DNA of 46,856 nucleotides from Microvenator sp. (lineage in GTDB: Bacteria > Myxococcota_A > Bradymonadia > Bradymonadales > Bradymonadaceae): NCBI GenBank assembly GCA_041554035.1, contig JBFFMO010000001.1, positions 1 through 46,856 of the forward strand, given 5' to 3'. Position 1 is the first letter of the stretch; every line of letters starts with the position of its first letter. Of this stretch, positions 25,708 to 32,898 are shown in pieces. A program made the translations under genes and the position numbers. Under the pieces are notes generated by a model. It made no database searches. It was not told the DNA's origin and saw only the letters and a program-made list of their open reading frames with translations.

Positions 25708-26172
25708 TTACTCGATGCCCAAATCTTTTGCGGCGGCAGCCAGACCAGCGGCGGCGGTTTTCTCCGCATCCTCGACGGACACTGCCGTCTCTTTCGCCTT
25801 GTCCACATTCGCGAGAGCCTTGTTGGTCTCGGCCATGTGAGCCACGACAGCGTTCAGGGCGGCCTTGGTGGTCACTCCCTCAACGCCCACGATGGCGGCG
25901 TACTGCGTGGCCGAAAGACCAGCCTTGTCGCACGCCTCAAGGACTGCGGCGGTGTCCAGAGCCTCGGGCTCCGGGGTGGTGTCTTCGGCCTTCTCTTTCG
26001 TGCCGGTGATGGCGGCCAGCAATTGAGCCATGAGCCCGCCTTCCTCTTTCTTGGCGGTCGCTTCCTCGGGGGTTTTCCCCGCGTTGGCAGCGATCTTGGC
26101 CTGATTCTCGGGGGTCACCTGGTCGGCTTTCCCCTCATGCATCAGAGCCAGCGCATCTTCATACGTCTGCAT
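25708..26172 (-). CDS. Candidate nested in-frame scaffold ORF (Nu3-like, 154 aa)
   Basis: Internal ATG 26172 is in the frame of the protease gene and is preceded by GGAAGGAG 7 nt upstream. Encodes the Ala/Glu/Lys-rich helical C-terminus. Confidence 0.45.
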   Translation of the reverse strand: MQTYEDALALMHEGKADQVTPENQAKIAANAGKTPEEATAKKEEGGLMAQLLAAITGTKEKAEDTTPEPEALDTAAVLEACDKAGLSATQYAAIVGVEGVTTKAALNAVVAHMAETNKALANVDKAKETAVSVEDAEKTAAAGLAAAAKDLGIE

Positions 26173-27078
26173 GGTGTTGCTCCTTCCGCGCGTTTCGCGC
26201 ATTTGGGAATTCCCGCCCCAGGGCGAGTTTGAATCCGTTTCTTTCGCAGCCAGTTCACGAGCCATATCAATCGCGTCAGCCAGTTCGCCGATGCGGTCAA
26301 TCATTCCGATTTCAAGAGCCTTCTTGGCCCCGTATATCCGCGCCTCACCGCTCATCTTGGAAACGGCTTGCGCGGTCGTGTCTCGGTTGCGTGCAATCTT
26401 GTCGATAAGAAGCGCGTCGGCTTCGTTGATCAGTTCTTCAAAGTAGGCAAGGGCCGCCCCCTCAAGCGGGCCAGCGTCGTTACCGGCTGCCTTCAGGGTG
26501 CGCGAAGTGACAAACTTGTATTCCACACCGGCGCGTTCGTTCGCTTTGCTCCGGTTCGTGTGGCGCATAATCACGCCGATGGAACCGACGCGGGCGGTCT
26601 CGTTCGCGACGATCTGATCCGCTGCGCTGCCAACCAGATAGGCGGCACTGGCCAGCGTGCCATTCCCGAATGCGACAACCGGTTTTTCCTGCCGCGCCTG
26701 AAATACCAAGTCCGCCAGCGTGACCGCGCCGTCAACCATTCCACCGGGCGAGTCGATGTCGAGAACGATGGCGGAAACGTTGGGGTCTTTTACTGCCTCC
26801 TGAATCGCCTTGCCGGTTAGTTCGGTGGACACGCCACCGGAAATCTGCATGAACATGTTGGCGCGTTTTGCCATCGTGCCAACCATCGGGATAACGCGCA
26901 CCGCTCCGGCGTCCCACGGTTCGGGCGGCGAGAACTTGAAGTCGCCAGCGGCTGCGGAAACGTCGAGCCCTTCCATGCGCGGGTCGAGAATGTCAGAGAT
27001 GATTCCCATGTATTCAGGCGTAATTGCCCAAGGATTAGAGAACGCAACATCGCCGATGCGGGGGTACTTATTTGTCAT
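25708..27078 (-). CDS. Head maturation protease (S49/SppA, lambda gpC-like) fused to a scaffold domain (456 aa)
   Basis: NGTLASAAYLVGSAADQIVANETARVGSIGVI is the S49 serine-protease signature. Overlaps the portal gene by 11 nt. Confidence 0.85.
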   Translation of the reverse strand: MTNKYPRIGDVAFSNPWAITPEYMGIISDILDPRMEGLDVSAAAGDFKFSPPEPWDAGAVRVIPMVGTMAKRANMFMQISGGVSTELTGKAIQEAVKDPNVSAIVLDIDSPGGMVDGAVTLADLVFQARQEKPVVAFGNGTLASAAYLVGSAADQIVANETARVGSIGVIMRHTNRSKANERAGVEYKFVTSRTLKAAGNDAGPLEGAALAYFEELINEADALLIDKIARNRDTTAQAVSKMSGEARIYGAKKALEIGMIDRIGELADAIDMARELAAKETDSNSPWGGNSQMRETRGRSNTMQTYEDALALMHEGKADQVTPENQAKIAANAGKTPEEATAKKEEGGLMAQLLAAITGTKEKAEDTTPEPEALDTAAVLEACDKAGLSATQYAAIVGVEGVTTKAALNAVVAHMAETNKALANVDKAKETAVSVEDAEKTAAAGLAAAAKDLGIE

Positions 27079-28546
27079 CTTTCGCGTCCTTTTCTGATTC
27101 GATAATCACTGTGGTGGGAGACTGCGCGGGGGTGAGTTTCAACTCCGCCATGTAGTCTTCTTCTTCTTTGCGCTCGTCCATCAGGTCGAAGAAGTTCTGC
27201 CCCTTTTCACGCGCAATCTGCTGGCGCGAAGTGGAGCCATTTTCCAAAGCCAACTTGTAGGAGGTTTCCTGTTTGGTCGGGTCAAGCTCTCGGGGGATCG
27301 GGTGGGAAATCTGGACGGCGTAGGGGTCAACAACGCCCGCAGGAACGGGACGCTTGCGCAGGATGAAATAAACGTGATCGACGAATTTGCGCCAGATCGG
27401 TTCAATCAACTCTTCATCCATCTCGCGGGAGAGGTCGGCGAAAAACAGACGATCCTCGTTGTCCGCCTGACGACCGCCCGAGTAGGACACGCCGGTCAGG
27501 TTCCGAGTCAGCAAGAGATACGAAATGCCCAGACCAGCGGCGATTGCGTGGTGAATCACGCTCGTGAACTCCGCAAGGTTCTGCGGCGGGGAGGTGGCGG
27601 CGACCATTTTCACGTCGGTGTTTTTGTCGAGGTTGTAGATTGTCCCGTAGGAAAGCGGCGTGCCGTGCAGGGTCTGGTTGCTCATTGTGCCGTCAACATT
27701 TTTATCTGACACTTCAGAACCGACCCCTGGGCTCCAGTCATGTTTTGTGAGTTCGGGATCGCGGCTGCTGATGAAGGCGGTCATGCAAGCCTGCACCCAG
27801 GCTTTCGTTATTGTCGCGTTGCGGAATTCGTCGTCGTCGGCCAGCAGCAAAACAGCGGGGGTCAGGAACGGGATGCCGCGCGGGTTCCCGTATCGGGAAC
27901 TGTTCGACCAGTGAAAGACACGCGAGGCAGGGACGCGGGTCAGTTTGCGATTAACCGCACCCGCGAACATATCTTTCCCGTCATCGTAAAAGTGATAGGC
28001 AACGATTCGCCCTGCGGGGTTTGTCTCAATCCCCATGTTGACTTTGTTACCCTCGGGCACGCCTTCGGCGAGTTGGGCGTCCTCGGGCAACTGGTCGCCT
28101 TCGACGATCTGAAAGCGCAAACTGAAAGGCAGGTCTTTGTGGTTGGAATCAACAACGAAAACTTCACCGTCGCGGAAATACGTCCGCGCCAGCATCTTAA
28201 AAAACCGGTGGCCCTTATCGCCCTTGACCGAGATGTCCCAGCAAAATTCTTTGAAGAGCGCACGCAACGCCAGGTTCTCGTCGCGAAGCCGCCCCTTTTC
28301 CGCGTTGGTCAACTGCGGCTGGAAATCCAAGCCCGCGCCAACCGTGCGGCGCACCATCGCTTCAATTGCACCATGAGCAATCAGGTTGTTGTTGTACAGG
28401 TCACGGCACCGGGCTCGAACAACGCCCAACACGCCGCAACGCAGTTCTTTCTCGGCGGCCTCGCTCCAGGAGCGCAGATTGCTCGTGAACCGGTTAAAAC
28501 CACCGGCGCGAAAAATAGGCTGTCCGTATTGATCAAGAATGGTCAT
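27068..28546 (-). CDS. Portal protein, lambda family (492 aa)
   Basis: Size and position between the gpW-like and S49 protease genes. Confidence 0.8.
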   Translation of the reverse strand: MTILDQYGQPIFRAGGFNRFTSNLRSWSEAAEKELRCGVLGVVRARCRDLYNNNLIAHGAIEAMVRRTVGAGLDFQPQLTNAEKGRLRDENLALRALFKEFCWDISVKGDKGHRFFKMLARTYFRDGEVFVVDSNHKDLPFSLRFQIVEGDQLPEDAQLAEGVPEGNKVNMGIETNPAGRIVAYHFYDDGKDMFAGAVNRKLTRVPASRVFHWSNSSRYGNPRGIPFLTPAVLLLADDDEFRNATITKAWVQACMTAFISSRDPELTKHDWSPGVGSEVSDKNVDGTMSNQTLHGTPLSYGTIYNLDKNTDVKMVAATSPPQNLAEFTSVIHHAIAAGLGISYLLLTRNLTGVSYSGGRQADNEDRLFFADLSREMDEELIEPIWRKFVDHVYFILRKRPVPAGVVDPYAVQISHPIPRELDPTKQETSYKLALENGSTSRQQIAREKGQNFFDLMDERKEEEDYMAELKLTPAQSPTTVIIESEKDAKDDK

Positions 28547-28770
28547 TAGCGGGGCGACCTTATGGCGAGAATGCGAGCCGCGCCGGACGCTGCTTCAAGT
28601 CGGCGTATCGTGGATCGCTTCTCGTCAACCATCTTCTGGAGTTCTGAAAAGGGGATGCGGCGGGCGAAGTTACCATCGGAGCGATACTCTTCGATTCCCT
28701 CTGCATAGGAGTCGAGCATCTCTTCGAGACGGGCTAAATCGGCTTTGAGTTGGTCAAGGTAGACGGACAC
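28546..28770 (-). CDS. Head-to-tail joining protein gpW-like (74 aa)
   Basis: Lambda-W-like pattern (L..L...L..G....SDGNFARR..FSELQKMVDEKRSTIRRLE) and position before the portal gene. Confidence 0.65.
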   Translation of the reverse strand: MSVYLDQLKADLARLEEMLDSYAEGIEEYRSDGNFARRIPFSELQKMVDEKRSTIRRLEAASGAARILAIRSPR

Positions 28771-28827
28771 GGCGCGCCCCTTTCTGGTTCAATCAGACCA
28801 GACGGAGCAGCATGGCGCAAGAAGGTC

Positions 28828-28845
28828 ATTTACAGATCTGTAAAT
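28828..28845. repeat. Perfect 18-bp palindrome ATTTACAGATCTGTAAAT
   Basis: Read directly. Lies in the 155-bp non-coding gap between the Zn-ribbon ORF and the gpW-like gene. Confidence 0.85.
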
Positions 28846-28859
28846 ACCGTTTTAATATT

Positions 28860-28909
28860 TAGTGTTCCGTAATGTTCCGTAGTGTTCGGTAGTGTTCGGT
28901 AGCGTTTGC
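28860..28909. repeat. Array B: five contiguous 10-bp repeats, consensus TAGTGTTC
   Basis: TAGTGTTCCG / TAATGTTCCG / TAGTGTTCGG / TAGTGTTCGG / TAGCGTTTGC. Same motif, phasing and orientation as array A (2779-2818). Confidence 0.85.
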
Positions 28910-28925
28910 GAGGCTTTTTTGTGGG

Positions 28926-29141
28926 TCAGGAAAAACGACCGCTGGCAATCCGGGTCGCGTTATTTATGCCACAAGAGGGGAGGTCGTCAGTCGTCTTTGC
29001 TGTTGCACCGCAAGCGGGGCATTTCCAATAGCGGGTGCGGATGCGCGTCCCGTCGCCGTTCACTTCAACCGGAGCAGAGACGACACGCATCCGCTGGCCA
29101 CAGCAATAGGCTACTTCTTCCGGCATAATGATTGGCGGCAT
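28926..29141 (-). CDS. Small zinc-ribbon protein (71 aa)
   Basis: CCGQ...CPACG Cys pairs. Start overlaps the terminase stop (TAATG). Confidence 0.5.
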   Translation of the reverse strand: MPPIIMPEEVAYCCGQRMRVVSAPVEVNGDGTRIRTRYWKCPACGATAKTTDDLPSCGINNATRIASGRFS

Positions 29142-31015
29142 TATCTCCCCCTCCGTGCGGCGTAGGCGGCTGCCGGGTTGTCTTGCATGCCCGACCCGCG
29201 CAGTGCAGCCTCTTTGGCTTGGCGTTTCGCCTCGCTGGCTTGCGTGTCTCTCTCAAGTGGCTGCAACTTCCAAAGCCCCTTGAACTCAGCCATTGCGAGC
29301 GCACCAACTGCGCAGTCGAACCAATGGTTGTCCGCGCCCTGATATTTCGGTTCCCAGACTTCTTTCCCTTTTTTGACAATTTTATGCTCTGCCGCCCACT
29401 GCTTCAGCAACGCTTGATCGGCACTCTTGCACAACTCGATTCTATTCCTGTCCTGATTCTCTTCTCGCTCGCGCTCAACGGGATCAAGCAAGCGTGCGAA
29501 AATGTCCTTGTAGTGCATCGTGTCGACGTGCAAACCCTTGAAACCACGAGCCAGTTTGTGTCGGGCCGCGTCAATCGTGAACGGCTTGACGGCCAGGGTC
29601 ATGCTTTGCTGGCCCTTGGTCGGGATGCAGTACGGCTGGCGCGAATGGCAGAACTGATAAACCTCGCTCACACGCTCACCCCAACCAGAGTCAACGCCAA
29701 TCGTCGGAGCGAACCGTCGCCCCCCTTGCTCAAAAATCCGGACAAGTTGTTGATCAATATCCGCGATTGAAAACTCTTGTCCGTAGTCAATAAGCCAGCC
29801 GCGATACCCATACCCCCACGCCCACAGGTTCCAGTAGAGCCCCTTGCGCTCGCCATGCCAGTCGATAAAGCCGGTCAGTATTTGCGTTTCTTCCGGCAGC
29901 GTCCCGCGCTCCAGAGTTGCCTCGGTCAGCAGCGGCGACAACTTCGCTGTTTCCAGCCCGGATACCTTCTCCTGGAACGGCTCCGCCAGCCACGAGTTGG
30001 TGAAGTTCTGGAGTTTCTCCCGATTGCCCTGCGATGCCAAAAACTCGTGAACCACCAGAGAGAATGAAACCCACGGAGAATAGATGGCGCTCATGTGAAA
30101 GCCCACATGGGACGCGTCGCCCGCCTCCTGTTCCCCCTCACGAAACCACTCGCCCTTTGCCAGCATGGCGGGCTTGTCGCGGTCTGTGATCCGTTCGCCG
30201 CAGTGAGAGCACTCGTACCAAGCCAGATTGCCGGACAACACCCGCTCTGGATCGCGCTCTCCCTCGGGGAACTTGATCTGCGACCATTCGAGCGTCTGGA
30301 AAATCCCGCAGTGCGGGCAAGGGACGTGATACTTGTGCTGGACGGACCGGTCCCACTCCTGCATGATCAAGTCATCCGGGACGGTTGGAGTCGAGGTGCA
30401 AATGATTTTCGAGCGCCCCGGAAACGTCATGGTCCGCTGCCGGGCCAGCGAAACAGGGTCCGCCTCCTTGCGCACCGACATGGGGAACTTACCGACCTCG
30501 TCCAGAAAGACGTAGCAGATCGGCATACTGGCCAGCGAAGACGGCGACCCGGCCCACGCGAACAGGAGCAGACTGTTGTCGAGTTTGTAGCGGAGTTTTT
30601 GCTTGTCGCGGGGCCGCTCGGTCAGGTGCGCCTTGAGCGCCTCGCACGAGTCAAACATGGTCAAGATGCGGTCCTCCGAAAACTTCCGCGCCACGTCCCG
30701 ATCCGGCAGGACGTAAAGCATCGGCCCCGGTTTGTTGCATACCGTCCACGCCAGCAGGTTCTTGGCGATTTGCGTCTTGCCTACCTGCGTCGCACACAGG
30801 AGCGTTATCTTTCGGACATGTGGGGACGCGTAAGCCTCCATGATGGCGCGGGCATAGGGCGTGCGCGAAACCCTATACGGCCCCGGCTCGGATGAATCGA
30901 TGCTGGACAGCACGACATTCTCTTCGCACCACTCGGTAATGGTCAGGTTCGCCGGTGGACGTATCGACCGCCCGACGTGCGAGAACTGTTCCGCGAACCG
31001 TGCGCTATTCAACAT
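29141..31015 (-). CDS. Terminase large subunit, lambda gpA family (624 aa)
   Basis: Walker A CATQVGKTQ, Walker B YVFLDEVGKF, zinc-ribbon CPHCG...CSHCG. Size and position. Confidence 0.9.
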   Translation of the reverse strand: MLNSARFAEQFSHVGRSIRPPANLTITEWCEENVVLSSIDSSEPGPYRVSRTPYARAIMEAYASPHVRKITLLCATQVGKTQIAKNLLAWTVCNKPGPMLYVLPDRDVARKFSEDRILTMFDSCEALKAHLTERPRDKQKLRYKLDNSLLLFAWAGSPSSLASMPICYVFLDEVGKFPMSVRKEADPVSLARQRTMTFPGRSKIICTSTPTVPDDLIMQEWDRSVQHKYHVPCPHCGIFQTLEWSQIKFPEGERDPERVLSGNLAWYECSHCGERITDRDKPAMLAKGEWFREGEQEAGDASHVGFHMSAIYSPWVSFSLVVHEFLASQGNREKLQNFTNSWLAEPFQEKVSGLETAKLSPLLTEATLERGTLPEETQILTGFIDWHGERKGLYWNLWAWGYGYRGWLIDYGQEFSIADIDQQLVRIFEQGGRRFAPTIGVDSGWGERVSEVYQFCHSRQPYCIPTKGQQSMTLAVKPFTIDAARHKLARGFKGLHVDTMHYKDIFARLLDPVEREREENQDRNRIELCKSADQALLKQWAAEHKIVKKGKEVWEPKYQGADNHWFDCAVGALAMAEFKGLWKLQPLERDTQASEAKRQAKEAALRGSGMQDNPAAAYAARRGR

Positions 31016-31616
31016 CCTGGCAGAGTTCCCCCAAGCGAGACCGGATTTCGTCGTTGATCGCCTGCTCTATCGTGCTGATTTCCTGGCCGTAAAGCATGGG
31101 AGCCAGTTTCGCTCCCAAGCCGGAAATGGTGTCTTTGAAGAAAACCCCGAGTTCGATCTCGCGGCTTTCCACGTCAGCCAACGGGACCAACTTGCCGAGA
31201 CGCTGCGCCAGTTTGGCCTCTTGCATTTGTGCGTCGGCCCGTTCCTTGCGCTGTTTCCAATTAACGCCGTTTTCATCCCGTGCGCCCTCTTCGTTTGGAG
31301 CCGATCCGATCAACTCTTCCGCCTGCCGGGTCAACTTCCAGTCGAGGTGCCACGCCATCACGTCGCGCAGGCTGTACGTCTTGTCGCGGTTTCGCGGGCA
31401 GCCGTTCCGCTTCACCCAGTCCGTGACTGTCTGCTTATTGACCCCGAATATCTCGGCGACGTCGATCCCGCGCAACGACTGGTCAGCCGCAGCGAACCAC
31501 CCAGCCTCGTGGAATTCTTTGATCATCCACGGGTGCGCGTGGGCCTGTTCTGCCACGGCAAGCACCTTGGCCTTTTGCTCTTTCGTTACGACTTGCTTGG
31601 CCTTCCGTTTCGCCAT
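31005..31616 (-). CDS. Terminase small subunit, Nu1-like HTH (203 aa)
   Basis: IDVAEIFGVNKQTVTDWVKRNGCP is a Nu1-type winged HTH. Overlaps the terminase large subunit gene by 11 nt. Confidence 0.7.
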   Translation of the reverse strand: MAKRKAKQVVTKEQKAKVLAVAEQAHAHPWMIKEFHEAGWFAAADQSLRGIDVAEIFGVNKQTVTDWVKRNGCPRNRDKTYSLRDVMAWHLDWKLTRQAEELIGSAPNEEGARDENGVNWKQRKERADAQMQEAKLAQRLGKLVPLADVESREIELGVFFKDTISGLGAKLAPMLYGQEISTIEQAINDEIRSRLGELCQDVE

Positions 31617-31877
31617 TTAGGCCCCCTCAGTCCGGTAATCAGCAACCCCAAAAAAATCTAAAACTCGTAAAAAGAGCGAACTCGGGGAACTAACCCCGAC
31701 CCCCTCCCCCCGGGGGAGGACCCGCGGCCTCTCTCGCGCCGTCTCGCGCCCCGTGAGGGCTGTTCTCGGTCGCGCCAAGGGTGCGGGGCGGCTAAATGAC
31801 GCGAGGCTGTGACGGGCTTTATTTAAAGCGATAGGGGCAAGTGTTTCCGAAGAACTTTGTGTGTGATTTGATTTTGG

Positions 31878-31932
31878 ATAAAACAAAAGCGGACACTCCT
31901 CGTTGGCTTGAGCAACGAGCGGGAGTGTCCGC
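31878..31932 (-). terminator. Strong rho-independent terminator at the end of the early/replication operon
   Basis: Minus strand: perfect 11-bp stem GCGGACACTCC / GGAGTGTCCGC with an inner 5-bp stem, followed by TTTTGTTTTAT. Lies 53 nt after the rusA stop. Confidence 0.8.
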
Positions 31933-31984
31933 CAAGACAGGGAGAGAATAGCAGCGGAGAACTGAGGCGTCAAGTATAATCTCA

Positions 31985-32431
31985 TTACTTGCTCTCTTCC
32001 GTTGGGTAGCCAGAGCGGGGGAGTTCTCGGAGCATTACCCAGACACCCGGCGTGTCTGCCCAAAACTTCTGGCTTGTTCCGTCGGCGATGTGCGAGTCGT
32101 TGTCCACGAAGCCGAGCCTCTCCAACTCGTCGCACAATGCTTTTGGGATGTTGTCCCAGTCTGGCGTGGTCGTCTTCCAGTCTCCGTTGCGATGCTTGCT
32201 CTTCGGGGAGATCGGCCACAGGAACTTGAGTACGCACTGAAGCGGGGCCTTGAGCGGCTTCTCCGGGATGTGGGCGGCCAGGTGACAGCGGAACTTGATG
32301 CGGGCAGCCTTGAGCGGGTCGCTGTCCCTGATTGTCGTGATCCTGCCACGCTTGCTTGCTTGCTTGGCTTGGGCTGTGACGGTCGGCGGTATCATGGGCA
32401 TGAAGAACTTGAGTTTCCTGTGCTGTGTCAT
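31985..32431 (-). CDS. rusA: RusA-family Holliday junction resolvase
   Basis: KTTTPDWDNIPKALCDELERLGFVDNDSHI is the RusA catalytic Asp motif region. 148 aa. Confidence 0.8.
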   Translation of the reverse strand: MTQHRKLKFFMPMIPPTVTAQAKQASKRGRITTIRDSDPLKAARIKFRCHLAAHIPEKPLKAPLQCVLKFLWPISPKSKHRNGDWKTTTPDWDNIPKALCDELERLGFVDNDSHIADGTSQKFWADTPGVWVMLRELPRSGYPTEESK

Positions 32432-32649
32432 CGCGTGGCGTCCTGTCGTATGACATCAAGTATTTCCATACGGTGGTGGCGATCCGCTGCCGCCGCAAAC
32501 TTATCCATCCGAGCGCCGGAAACAAACGCAAGGTTTTCCGCATCGAACGTCAAGTAAAGCCGCTTGCCTTCAATTGACACGACATAAACAATTCTGCCAA
32601 TATCCATTTCTGATTTTGTGGCTATTCTTCGATAGATTGCCCACTTCAT
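32428..32649 (-). CDS. Hypothetical protein (73 aa)
   Basis: ATGA-coupled to rusA. Confidence 0.55.
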   Translation of the reverse strand: MKWAIYRRIATKSEMDIGRIVYVVSIEGKRLYLTFDAENLAFVSGARMDKFAAAADRHHRMEILDVIRQDATR

Positions 32650-32743
32650 TTTGTCACCTCTTCCTTTCTCTTCTTTACGCGCACAAGTCCCTGTTCCGGC
32701 GAGGATAAAGGGGGCGGCACTTTAAGCCCCCTTTTCCACGCAA

Positions 32744-32877
32744 GGGACAGGAGGGACAATTCATATATTTATATATGGTTGTCCCTGTCCCTGCTGGGGA
32801 CAGAATCAGGGACAGGACGTCCTGTCTTTGTCCCTGCGGGGGACAGGGACAGGACGTGGTGTCCCGATTCCTGTCCC
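32744..32877. repeat. Iteron cluster with AT-rich centre: candidate replication origin
   Basis: Eleven copies of GGGACAG / CTGTCCC (variants GGGACAA, TTGTCCC, GTGTCCC): six forward and five reverse. Inverted pairs flank TTCATATATTTATATATGG (32760-32778). 16-bp palindrome GACAGGACGTCCTGTC (32811-32826). Confidence 0.6.
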
Positions 32878-32898
32878 TGAGTGCTTTTAGGTGGCGCG

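Noticed and set aside
23738-25840. 700-aa plus-strand ORF, the longest ORF on that strand
   Set aside because: It runs antisense across the capsid, decoration and protease genes, which have clear family signatures. Its translation is Arg/Gly/Ala/Val-rich with low complexity, as expected for the antisense frame of GC-rich coding DNA. The same applies to 9470..10516, 20078..21097, 27740..28549, 30095..30895, 30861..31661, 33313..33990 and 42761..43519.
28860-28909. CRISPR array (also considered for 2779-2818 and 32744-32877)
   Set aside because: The repeat units are 7-10 bp and contiguous with no spacers. There are no cas genes in the window.
31617-32543. 308-aa minus-strand ORF spanning the rusA region and the non-coding gap
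   Set aside because: It is out of frame with the well-supported RusA ORF, crosses a strong terminator, and is Arg/Pro-rich.
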